Source: Phoronis australis
Taxonomy: Eukaryota; Animalia; Phoronida
Direction: 5' to 3'
Length of the DNA: 64,000 bases
NCBI GenBank assembly: GCA_002633005.1
Contig: NMRA01000031.1
Location: forward strand, 781,185 to 845,184
Part shown: positions 50,201 to 62,030 of the stretch, in pieces
How the letters are laid out: every line of letters starts with the position of its first letter
Position numbering within the stretch: position 1 is the stretch's first letter
Translations under genes and position numbers: made by a program
The notes under the pieces: generated by a model
Seen by the model: the letters and a program-made list of their open reading frames with translations, nothing else
Told to the model about the DNA's origin: nothing
Databases searched by the model: none

Positions 50201-52245
50201 GCTTGTTACGATAGCTTTTTTGGCAGGCGTACTCAGTGTATTCCACGTTGCTCGAACGGCTAGAAAAAATACGGCCACTCAGCTGTCTGTTTTACAATCC
50301 CTAAGGACGTTGAAATTTGGAAGCGTTGGGTCATTGTCATACGCCGCTACTAAAGAAAATATGTCCGTGTAAAATTTATAAATTTTTTCAAAAAATTATA
50401 ATCGACCAGCCAGGCTGTGTTTTCATGACTGCGGGTTGAAAGATGATGCATATTTCTTTCCAAAAAGGTCAGGGCCCTTCTTCACTCGATTTTGGGGCCG
50501 AATATCGGCCTTATTTCCCTCTCAAAAATACTAAAAAATCCCCCGAAATTCCACCCTAAAAATTCCCCTAGTGATTAAAAAGTAGTTTCCCGCGAAGCTC
50601 AAATCACCTGTAACCACACAGGTGACAATTTGAAAGAGCACAAAATGCTTCCTGAGACAGAGCCTATGAAAGCTTGCAACAGCAGGGCGGAGGTGCTATT
50701 GATGATGATTGGGAGGTAGATTTTCCCCGTCTCGGCGAAAAAGTTCCCTTTTCTGAGACACCTTTCCCCTCGGATAAACAAGGCCTCTAAAGAAACATGA
50801 TAACTATGCTTGCTCAGTCTAGTTAACTGAAATAGACGTAAGAATTATTAAAACCAAGAAAGCAGAATTGATGGTCAAATAATTACTTGTGAATGTGTGC
50901 ACGGGAGTGAATGAGAACCTGGTTATAATCATGCGAAAGCGATTTCTGGGGCTGTGCTCATTTGTTTTTCAAAAATTAAAAAATGGTTGTCCTTACCTCA
51001 CTAGGAATTAGGCTATGCTTGATGTTAATATTCTTGATCAACAAATTAAACCAGATGTGACTAATTGCATATGAGAGCAAAATGTGATGAGACACCATTG
51101 TCAAAAACATCTTCAACTCGTCAACAATACAAGCAGATGACCTGGTTTGTGTAGAAAGCATTTTTATCACCAATTTTCAAGAAGAAACGTAACACTGCAT
51201 TCAGCATAATACCTAATCCGTAACACTATGATCGCCGCAGTTTGATCATATTTACGTTTCACGTTTCAAACCTAGTTTTCAGAAAAAAGCTTATACCCTT
51301 TCGTAGACAACTCTTTGGTGTATTGACTTGTTCTCTCATGTATTTTTCTACATCGCTGTGGTTAATTTCCGACACAGTTTTTTAAAAGATTTACTATCCA
51401 GGTTGGACTCGAAAGACTGGCCATTTAACTCGCGTAGTGTCAACTTCCGCTTTGTTTATCGCAGTGAGCCTCGCTTTGGATTTTAATGTCCGCCGCGTGA
51501 ATTAGGTCTATACTTTTGGTTCTGTTGTACCTTACATATTGTGACTATTTCTTCAGGCTTACCACAAAGCAAATGAAGAGAGAAAGAACTACATGCTGGA
51601 AATAAACTCTGGGAAGTACAAGGTGGATCCATATAAAAACCAAAAGAGAACAGCGTCGCGAGACGATGCCGCATCTAAAACACCTCGTGAACGGTAAGCC
51701 AAGCACGAGGTCTTTCAGTTTGTTAATTAATTGGTGCATAGGTCACGATCGATGTATCGTCTGCATTGCGATGAATCTCTCAGCGTACAAACTGTTCATT
51801 CCCTTGGTTAGATTAGATAGGAAATCTCACTACTTCTATTTACTAGTTGAATAACTGGAGGCATCTCTTCAATAAACAAACGATTTTTGTCCAACCTTTG
51901 GCAACAAGATTTTCAGCTGTGCCCATGAAAACTGGACTTTTATGTTCTGAAAAACACGCTATTTAAACAACTGGGCAACCTAACTTTGGGCTTGGTGACT
52001 TGTTTTCCTGACTCGCACCCCTCTAATGAGTGGTCTTTGGAGGCTTAGGTATTATATCTCTGGAAAGACAGTACTTTTTTACCTCTCCTGGTCCTAACTT
52101 TATCCTTTTCTTTAATAGCAATATCCCTGAGGATCAAAGAATCATCGACCCGAAGCGAGGCCCAATCAAGAAAACAGCTGCAGTGCAAAGGTTACCTAAA
52201 CTGGACAATGAGTCAAGTCACTCCAACACTCCAATATCCATGTGA
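44219..52245 (+). CDS. CCDC169: Coiled-coil domain-containing protein 169 homologue, 7 exons, 227 aa
   Basis: Phase-consistent GT-AG exons: 44219-44295, 45440-45522, 46388-46501, 48561-48610, 49522-49617, 51557-51693, 52119-52245 (684 nt). Family motifs EGNEWKTRYETQEEMN, LEREKQSL...LEWRLDQESKAYHKANEERKNY and DPKRGPIKKTAAVQRLPKL. Confidence 0.9.
44733..45272 (+). mobile_element. Miniature non-autonomous LTR retrotransposon (TRIM) with tRNA-like LTRs, Helenus-like
   Basis: LTRs 44733-44885 and 45121-45272 (TG..CA, about 20 differences by eye). PBS tggcgtagtcggca at 44888-44901; PPT aggaaaggggggaa at 45107-45120; flanks gtag/gcag. A and B boxes in each LTR. Lies in CCDC169 intron 1. Confidence 0.9.
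46851..47010. mobile_element. Terminal arm of a PIF/Harbinger-like element
   Basis: gcccggttgcatgaaac followed by repeated gtccctaa/ttagggac subrepeats. The other end was not confidently located. Confidence 0.45.
50160..51509 (+). mobile_element. Decayed ISL2EU-like DNA transposon with THAP remnant (CCDC169 intron 5)
   Basis: Perfect inverted ends at|agacctaattcacgc ... gcgtgaattaggtct|at (AT TSD). 50237-50347 translates CIPRCSNG*KKYGHSAVCFTIPKDVEIWKRWVIVIRR, the N-terminal half of a THAP domain. Confidence 0.75.
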
Positions 52246-53730
52246 CATGTTCTCATATTGTTCACTGTAACACTGAAGGGCTGGTCCTGGTCTCTGGAGA
52301 CTTGAGGAGAATGTGCCTGCTAGTTGCATGGGAGCTAGTTCTCGTATTTTAGAACATACCTCTGCAGGGGAGGGAGGCAGTAATTTACAGCGTTAGGGCA
52401 AACTGTCGATGGTGACACAGAGGGGTGTGTAAAATCGTCAAAGGTGTGAAATTGGCAATGATGTGAAATTGGCAATGGCTAGGGGATATGTGAAATCTGT
52501 GATGATCGAATTGGAGACATTGATCAAGTTTAAGTTGTCAGTGACTTTGCTTCCGTGCACCAATTATGTAAGAGGAGGACTTCAACAGCCATTTGTTTCA
52601 TGGCTGACAAAACTTGAGCTTGGTTGACGTTGCGACCAATTGCAAGGTGGTTAGCAATTGGTAATGACAGTGGCAGTATTGCCAATCAAATTTATACTTT
52701 AGTTCCACCTAATTATTGTCTAGATACCTTTCAAGTCCCTCTATAACTGAACATAGAGCGTATAGTCGAGGTACAGTAAAACAGTACAAGACAAAAGTAA
52801 TCAAACAGGATACAGTTTCCATGTCATGACGGCTAATTCTGTTAACGACGACAAAGACTGAAAATAGATATTAGGGCGGCAAAATTCTTGTAACAGAATG
52901 GTTCAGCCATTTTGATAAATTTTCTATTAATTCCGCTTTATTCTTTGGCGTGAGGGGAGACAACTCTGACAGTGAAACGTATTTCACCCAGCCGTTATGA
53001 CGGAATTATGGTTTATTTTGTCTGAATACTGTATGTTGTAAAAGGAAAAATAGCCTCATGGCTGCTTGGTAAAATAGAGTTCAGAGGTCGTGTGGCCTCC
53101 ACAAAGCTTTGTTCTTTGACTCTTCTTCCCGCGTGATATTAATCCTGGCCTCTCTGTCCCAAGCCTCTCGTGTACAATATTTGTTGTCATTTCTGATGAA
53201 GGGACAGTTAGTAGAGAATTAAATGTGTGTTACTGTACATATCTGTGTTATAGGTAATGTATATTTCATTCATGCGACTGTACGGGTAATCTGAATTGTG
53301 TCAAAGTGACTCCTTAACTTACCAGGTGCAGAGCATGTAATGCTTTGCGGAGGAATGGTACCCGGACTTGTCAAAAACTATTCATCTTGAGATGTGTTGT
53401 CCCATTTACTGAAGTGTTTTCCTTGCACTTTTCAAAGTGTTAAAGACTCATAGTTCCTGCCAGTTGAGTGGTTTGTGAATGGAAAATCGTATTTTCTAAG
53501 CCCATCACTGTGTGTTTGGTGGTTGTGGTTATTTCCTGCACTGAAGTCATTCATAGCGATGTAATTTATTTGGTCAGGTAAGATCTATATAAAGATCAAG
53601 CTAGATTTTTGTAGATTTTTGCAACAAAAAATTGTGTCGTTGACAATTGAATGAGGATATTGTCACAGTGTGCTGCCTATAGAACTGATCTCAGATAGCA
53701 TACTTGTGAAGAGACATACTGTAGGTGCAC

Positions 53731-53865
53731 TGATACGTACCAATGTGATTTGCCCTGGTGATGTCATCAGTGTAGTGATACGTACCAGTGTGATTTGCCC
53801 TGGTGATGTCATCAGTGTAGTGATACGTACCAGTGTGATTTGCCCTGGAGATGTCATCAGTGTAG
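53731..53865. repeat. Minisatellite, 3 x 45 bp
   Basis: Unit tgatacgtaccagtgtgatttgccctggtgatgtcatcagtgtag, with one substitution each in units 1 and 3. Confidence 0.95.
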
Positions 53866-56800
53866 TACCTCTTTACACGTGACTACAGCTTAGGTCACCT
53901 CACAAAAAGGGAGCCCCAACTCAAAGTCAAAGGGTAATGAAAATTGTGACCACCGATGGTGTGGTGGAAAAATTGTGGCCGCTGGGAGCAGTAGCGAGGA
54001 GACTGTGGCGACCAGGAAGGACACCTGTGGTGAGCAGAAGCAGCTCTGACAAGCATGCTAATGTCTATGACTTTTTGGTGTTCTTGGTTTGCATAGCCTC
54101 ATTCTTGTATATTCCATGTTTACAGTTGGTTTTGCTGTTGGATGTATTGTAAATGTGCCATACTGTATTACACTTAAAGCCTGCAGGTTTGCTGACGTTT
54201 GTTCAGTCAGGCGGCTTGTACATATACCCGTAAGTTGATGTATTGTGTAAGAAATTTTATTTATAATTGGCCTGTAATTAATGTACTATGATTTATGTGT
54301 TTTTACTTTGCTTAATCGTTTTCATTGAATGGGTATTTAAATAAATTTGTTATGCAGGCTTAGTAGTTTGAACAAATTAGATGAAACTCATGGGTCTCTC
54401 CAGTCCATGGTGTCAATCATCCTTTGAAAGTTTCACAATGTGTATACACACTACCATGTGGTACTTTTGGTTGTTGAACATTCCACGAGAGGGTGCTACT
54501 CAGAGATATGAATTACTCCTTCCACTTTTCTCACTGAGAGTTTGTCAAGGTGAGGCCAACTACTAAGCTGTGGAAAAAAAAGCATACTGCCTTTGCGGGG
54601 GGAGTTAAGTTGACTGGGAAAATCATGCATTTAAAGTAGGCCGGGACTGGAAAACGTGCTGGCCAGCTCGGAGGTTACTTGGCTCGAGAGTCTGGCTTCT
54701 ACTGGTTTTCCTACGAAGGGGCACCTTTTCTGACAACTTTCCTGTAAACTTGAAAGCGTGTCTTTTCCGACAATTCCTTAACAAGGGCCCTATTTAGGAG
54801 ATTTGCCTTCAATGCATTTAGCTTTCACTGATTTACAGAAAATTTTTAATATCCATAATTTTAAGTTTTGTTGCAAAAGGTATAGTGGTCTGACATGGCA
54901 GCTCTTCTTGTGCTGTTTCAGTAATGATGGCAGGTACATGAAAATTCATTTCAGTAATTTATTGGTCAGTTTTGTGTTAACTGTTGTAACCTTAGTTCTA
55001 ACCAAAAGAGAACATGAAATTGTTTATGCATGTATATATCTAAAAAAGAATTGTTGCCTTTAGTTTGAACATTTCTATGCTCACTCACGTTTTTCTGAAA
55101 TATTTTTAAAAATTACTTAAAAGTTAGTCTTACCGACATTTTCGAACCCCCTAGTAGTTTACGTGGGGGGTCACTCTACGGAATTGGTGTTTAATGAAAT
55201 TATAGATAGAACTGTCAAAGCTGTGAAGCTGAGGAAAATACTGAGCTAATTGCTTCTGCCTTTCTTAATGGGTCTTTCTAAAGTTTTTGACTTTTAATCG
55301 CTCAATTTCTCTGGATAAGCTGAAATTTACAGTTGTAGTTTCCATTTCTTTAAAAATTTAGGAAGTCTAAAATGGTTCCAATTTCTGGGGTGTCCTTTGG
55401 GTCTGGTCAAGGTCAACTATTTACAGTTTTTTGATTTTGTGAACTGTAGCCCTAGCGCATTCATACGCACACTATAGATGTCGCTCTTGTTTGTGTTTTT
55501 ATTGTTGGCCCAGCGGATTACACGCTGATAATAATACCGTAACAGTGGTTCGTAAAACTTTATTTATGATACGTGTACGTGATACGCATACGTTTATAAT
55601 AGGTTATACGGTTACGTTATGTTATACGTGTAGGATATGTGATACGATTAAACCTGAAACAATTAATAAAGATAATACAATTTCTAATACCAATTGAAAT
55701 ACCAAATACATCATACTAAAATACACAAAAATGTGTGTCTGATAACATATTCAACTCACAATTAGGCAAACACTACTTAGCAGAAACTTGTAGCTACGGA
55801 ACAATTGCTATGAATTAATCAAACAAACAAAGAACTGAGGATTAGTTGTTTCTAAACTGAAAACAAAATTAATACTACAGTCAAACATCAAGAAACAAAG
55901 TTGTCTCTTCCCAACGCTGGGTATCTGATATTTTTGAAGCAAGCAGCAGTCTCTCTCCAAAACATAAAACCCACAAACTTCCTCCAAAATGCTAGCTCAC
56001 TCCTAGTTTATGTCCAAAACAGTTCCTGAATAAAGTCCACCAATGAACCCAAGCCATTGCCAAATATTGTGTAGGACAATCAAAAGTTGAGTAATTTCCG
56101 TTGTGTAAATGACAGATTATTGTCGTCCGAAATGCCTCACCCCAAGCTGACCAGTTTTAAAGAGTTAAAGTTACACAACTAGCAATACAAAGCACAGTGG
56201 CTATTATAAACATCCCACAACTGGTCAAAGACATGCGGTGAATCACTTCCTATGCACTCATAGGAGGTTACAAATTTTGGTAAACAATAAGATTCATTAA
56301 TTATTCAACAAATTAGACTAATTGTCTGCAGCATCATGTCACCAACAGTTGCATTCCAAATGGTGTTGATGCCACTCTTATAATTGTGTTTATTTATCGC
56401 TCATTTTCTATTAGTGAATATCTTAATTGTTATTTCTAATGAGACTGCCGAATAAATTACGTCCTTGTTAATGTAAATAGACTGGCTTTAAATACAACTA
56501 AGAGGAAGTACGTGGTTTCTCATAAATCTTCCAAGGTTTTGATGTCGGGAAATGAGCCAGTTCTTTTATTTTGCTTTGTATAACTATTCAAGATTGCCTC
56601 ATGTGGTCATCACATGTAATCAGTTTATTGGGGAAAATTCAGTTTTTGCAATTTTCTGAATATAACGCCCTTGTCTAGCTTAATTTCGATTTTGGCATAT
56701 TAATATACATGTCTGAACATCATACAATATTTGAATTACAGAACAAACCTTTAGAATTATCACATCTAGTTGTTTTTATGGCCCTTGCGGATCTTTTAAT

Positions 56801-57014
56801 TAAGATTACAAGATACTCAAAGACTTGTTTGTTGCTGCATTCACTTTTTTGATAAATATGTTCATAATTCACCATTTTCACATATTAATACATTTAACTT
56901 AATCAACCACGGATCCGTTCATCAACAATAAACTAAATCAACAACGTCATCTTTTACATACATCTCGTCTCAAATCTTTTGCAAAAGATTCAGTCTGCAA
57001 TGCCTAGTCAAGTA

Positions 57015-58413
57015 TTTTTATGCGCCCACACATTTATATGTGGACGCATTATGCCACCATCTCCGTCCGTCCGTCCGTCCGTCCGTCCGTCCGTCCGTCC
57101 GTCCGTCCGTCCGTCCGTCCGTCCGTCCGTCCGTACGTACGTACGTACGTCCGTCCGTCCGTCCGTCCGTTCGTCCGGGCGGCGTCCGTGCGGCGTCCGC
57201 TGCTCTATCTCCAAAACTCTTTGACATACGCTCAAGAAATTTGGCATATATGTTCCATTCCTGAATGGGACGGCATGAGCGAACTTTCGGACGGATCCGA
57301 CTACCGGTGTGCCCCCTAGTGGCAATTTTAGTTTTTTACGCTTACCTTTGTATCTTCAAAAGTCCTTAACGGATTTTCATGAAATTTAATATGTAGGCAC
57401 TTATTAGTGAGATGACGCTATCCTCCCGTTTTCGGATGGATTCGGCGTAGTTTGTGCTACATAGTGGCCATTTTTACTGTTTTCGAGTCTGTTTTTTTTT
57501 TGCGTCCACCCCTCTTTTAACCAAACCGCTCAAAGGTGATAGTGAAAATTGGCATGTATGTGTTTACTATAAAGAGGACGGTTGACGATGATTTTTCGAC
57601 GATTTCGACTAGTTTGGGGCCTTCTAGTGGCAGTTATGTTTTTGTTGCGCCAATGGCTGTATCTCCTAAACCGTTCGCAGAATCTTTACTAATTTAGCAA
57701 GTGTATTTATGTGATGTTGACTACGGATGACGACGACTTTCAGACAGATCTGACTACTGCTGTGCCCCCTAGTGTCAATTTTAGTTTTTTCCGTTTAACT
57801 CAGTATCTTCAAAGGTCCTCAACAGATTTTCATAAAATTTTAAATATAGGCATCTATTGGTGTGATGACGGTATCTTCCTGTTTTTGGATGGAATCGAGG
57901 TATTTTGCACCACCTAGTGGCCACTTTTGCTGTTTTCAAATCTTATTTTTGGTGTCCATTCCTGTATCAACCAAATCATTTGAAAATTGGCCTTTATGTT
58001 CTCAGTGTGAAGACCACCTTTGATGATGGTGACTGATTACTTCTTTCGCCTCCTAGTGGTAGTTTTGTTTTGCACCCATAGTTGTATCTCTTAAACCCAC
58101 TGCAGGATCTTTACTAAATTTAGTTAGTAAGTGTATTTATATGAAGATAACAACAGACGACGATCACTTTCAGGCGGATCCAATGGACACTGTGCCCATT
58201 AGTGGCAATTTCATTTTATTCTGCTTTCCTTTGTTTTTCTGAAGTTCCTTGAGGACAGATTTTTATGAAATATGGTATGTTCCTGTTTTTGGATGGATTG
58301 TATGTTTTTGCGCCATTTAGTTTCCATTTTTATGATACAAATGAACAAGCCTAAGAGCACACCATTTGCAATGCATTCGTGGGCGCATTTCAACGTTCCG
58401 CGCTGCTCTTGTT
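57015..58413 (+). mobile_element. Helentron-associated non-autonomous element (HINE/DINE-1-like) with internal tandem array
   Basis: Starts in a T-run. SubTIR atgcgcccac (57020-57029) with a partial inverted copy just downstream and its partner gtgggcgcat (58379-58388). A (GTCC)n microsatellite is followed by about 145-bp tandem units. Confidence 0.75.
57062..57176. repeat. (TCCG)n/(TACG)n tetranucleotide microsatellite
   Basis: Directly visible; part of the HINE-like element. Confidence 0.95.
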
Positions 58414-59626
58414 AGTACAGGCTTCTATTAATGTTATACAGGGACCTTTAGAATTCGTTAAGGAACTACGAATATGCTATTATTCATAACGAGCTTCTCT
58501 TGTTGGTTTAATTTAATTTGTATTGCCGCCCAATTGAAACTGACCTTTGACCTTCTTCTATCCATTGCACAACCCGTGCAGTGCATTTTTTTCTGCCGGC
58601 TCCGTGACCCGCTTACTTCTCGGGTCATTCACATAGTCTCCATTAGCTACTTGAGTGCATATCCTAAAAATCAACTGTCCAAGAATCCCCATAGAAATTT
58701 TTTAAGTTTATGGAATCAACCCTTGCAAAAAGGCTGTGTTTCTGGACATTTCATTCGGAAGCTGCCTACAATTCGGTCCCTTTTTCTTATCCACTCTAGC
58801 TAGATGGATATACTAATTTCCAGCTGCACCTACATCTTTGAATATAGTCGAGTACTCTTCGAGGACAGGCCTCAGCAGAAAACAAAGAAATCGGTAGGAA
58901 CGTATCGAAAACTTGCATTTTCTCTTGACAAGGAAGGGTTTCAGCATTGCTGAGTCTCACAAAAATGTTGGTCTTGCGCGCACTGAGTTCTTTGAACCAA
59001 TACCAATAAAGGTGTTCTACTGTGACAGTCACAAAATGCGTTCAATTGTGGACTTCGCTTCGTAACCCTAAGTACGGCATCCCCATGTGCCCAGGCATGT
59101 TCTCTTGAAAGCGATGTTCCGTACTAGTTATGTAGGATCATATTGATAAGTGAGCACATTTAGCCACGTATCAACAAAACTGTAGATTTTAATCCAATAA
59201 AGGTATGCAATATATATTTACGGAAAGTACAAGTCCTGTAGAATTTGATGTCTACTCCTTTACGAATTTGTCGTTAGTTGGGTTACGGGACCATATCTTT
59301 TAATAAAATTTAGCAAACAGGAAGATAACGTAATAGCAAAATAACAATGTCAATGACATGATCAATTTTTATTTCCCATAAATACTCAAGATTAGATTTC
59401 AAAAACGTTGTTGCAGTTTTATAAAATATATTTTTCGCTTTATGCAACTTCAGAGATTTTTTCGCGAAAACCAATGAAAGTCCTATTTTGATAGCCCCTC
59501 ATACAAAGGTGGCACATTTTAAAAACACTTCCTTATCACTTTTTGAGACTGGTGCGCAAAGCATGCTATCAGAATGTTACATGTGGGATATGACGATCGG
59601 AAGTTAGCCAAATTTGGACATTTTTG

Positions 59627-59868
59627 CATGCGCGCACCCAGGGGGGCTAGGGGGCCCCAACGAGCCCCCCCATTTGGCGAAATGGGCAAAAAGGTCCGCC
59701 CCCGAGAGACAATAAATTCCGAGGAAATGGGACAAAATTGCACTAAATAAGCCAAATGCTTCCGTTTTTTTTTTTTTTTTTTTTTAGTCCGCCCGCTCTT
59801 TTGTAAGCAAAAGGTCCACAACGCCGGGAATTCGAGCCCTCCCAAATTGAAGGCTGGGTGCGCGCATC
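59627..59868. mobile_element. MITE with 5-bp TSD, inverted copy 2 of 33279-33492
   Basis: TIRs catgcgcgcacccag / ctgggtgcgcgcatc, exact ttttg duplication at 59622-59626 and 59869-59873. Confidence 0.8.
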
Positions 59869-61929
59869 TTTTGTAGGGTCCTACAATAACTTAAATTGTT
59901 AGATGTATGCCTAATTTACATGTAGTTAGTGTAGGCCTGCGGGACGCCCAAGTACTGACGAAATGACGGTGAGAACATGTGGAAAATCCCATGCGTTTCA
60001 TTTTTAAAGCCAATAACGAATTTTAGATTTTGAATTCATCTTCGTGTTTTAATATTTTTGCTAGCCACATCTATGCTAGATTATTTTACTGCGTCTTGTC
60101 ATCTTGTGACACGTGACAGATACGGCTTATGAGATCCCCAAATCAAAGCAGTCGTAAATTCGAGCTTGTATTCAAAATCTCGAGCCCGTAGCTGAATCTA
60201 TATCGGGGGCACCGCGCCATGTTGTGCACGTCAAGGTGCATTATGTATGACTTACTAATCTGCATAATAATACTGCACGAGCAAGATATCATCACAATTA
60301 TCCTGATTTCATACGAAAATAGACAAGAAAACACTATGTCAAAGTGGGATCGTGTAAATGCGAGACACAATTACAGCACTTTAAGGCTGCCAAAAAAATA
60401 ATGTCCTGTGTGTGAGTTGCTCGACATTCTTTGCCAAAAGAAGTGAACACACAATAAAACAGCAACACACGTCTATGTTCACTTTTTAGCGATAAATTTG
60501 CATGAATTGAAATGTTGCTTGTCGAAAGTTATTCGATTCAAGAAATTTTAAACCAGCAGTTCCTTCTGTTTTGCTGACTACAAACGAAAATTGAATTTAT
60601 TAATCCTTTTATTCACATAAAATCGGTCTCATAATATTCCTTTCCATGATTGGATTCTATTTCCGTTACTAACTAAAAACATTTCAGATTAAATTGGGGT
60701 TCGCCGACCCTAAAATTGTGAATTCGCGAATTTAAATGGGGCATGTGACTTGAGTTTTCGGCCCATTGGGTAACAATTCAAGGTCGGATGAGAGTGGTAA
60801 CATTTTCAAACCCCAAAGCGCTTCGGTTTTAAAAGAATTCAACGTTGACAGCTGGCAGTGGCTAAATGCCCTTTAATTTACCTTTTAAAAAGACACTGCG
60901 TTTTTGGATTCCGGTGAATGAAACGTGATGAATTGAACTAGTTCATTTTTCGAAATAAATACCACCATCATATGACTGAAATTCGAAACTAAAGGGCGTT
61001 CTACTTCAAATTATAAACTCATCTGAAAATCTTTGAAAATCCCAAAACAGTGGAATTATTTTATTGCCAAAATTTTGTTGGAATATGTAACCCACTTCAA
61101 AAATCCCTTGCTGTATGAGACAAGATGATGCTACATGCTATGCTGTTATCTGAAGTTGTCTTATTATTATTTGAAAGTTCAAAATTATGGTGACATGTGG
61201 CCTTCTGAGTTTCGTCCTTCGCCAACTGATTTTAATATGTTCCGCCAAGTGTCGCCCCTGTTTGTTTACGATGCGTCGTTCAGAGGGAGTCTACAGTAAC
61301 AGCCCAGTCATTAACAGAAGTATGGCGCCAGTGTCTGAATGTGTGTGAACGGGATTTTTGGAAAAAGCTTTGAAATCTTCATGTAAAAGGTAAGCAGTGA
61401 TAAAATGGGACCATGAGTAGATTTTCATGACTATTTACATGTCTGATGTCATGATGAATTTCGAATTTCCTTGCCGTACACTTGAAATCGGCTCAAATTA
61501 TTTCGCCGACTTGGTGGAGCCGGCCACTGTCTGGAGACCTGTGTTAGGCAAGCTATATCAGTGAAGGCTGTATTGCAGTTTCTATCTGGGGTCGTGTTTG
61601 CTTTTGCGCTGATTATCGTGATTAGAATGTGCTCGGTTTAGTTACTTTTGAAAACATACCGCATTGACAGCAAATTAGTAAGATTGGTTTTTAGCGTAAT
61701 GTTACAAATTCGTTGTTTATTGAGCTTTGAATTCACAATCGGACATCCAATGACTGTCGATTTGTGTGAATTTTATTGAGAATGTGCACAGTAATCTGTG
61801 AGTGGTCCTTTGAATGGGGGTAATAACTATTACAACAGGTGTAAGAGTACCATCTGGCGATTGTGTACATTGGTCATCATATAACCTGAAAAAAACGGAA
61901 TTCCCCATGTGGAACTAATGGATGTAGTC

Positions 61930-62030
61930 GCCCACCTTTATACTGAAAACATAATGTCATAATGTACAGTTAGTTAAGCCCACCTTTATACTGAAAACAT
62001 AATGTCATAATGTACAGTTAGTTAAGCCCA
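61930..62030. repeat. Perfect 48-bp tandem duplication
   Basis: gcccacctttatactgaaaacataatgtcataatgtacagttagttaa twice, followed by gccca. Confidence 0.95.

Noticed and set aside
53663-53882. Repeat ORFs or a CRISPR-like array
   Set aside because: Head-to-tail 45-bp units with no spacers in a eukaryotic context. The ORFs follow from the unit length being divisible by three.
56979-57325. PSVR/TDGR-repeat ORFs
   Set aside because: Translations of the (TCCG)n microsatellite.
59061-59072. taaccctaa as a telomerase RNA template
   Set aside because: A 9-nt match can occur by chance in 64 kb. No pseudoknot or H/ACA context was recognised.
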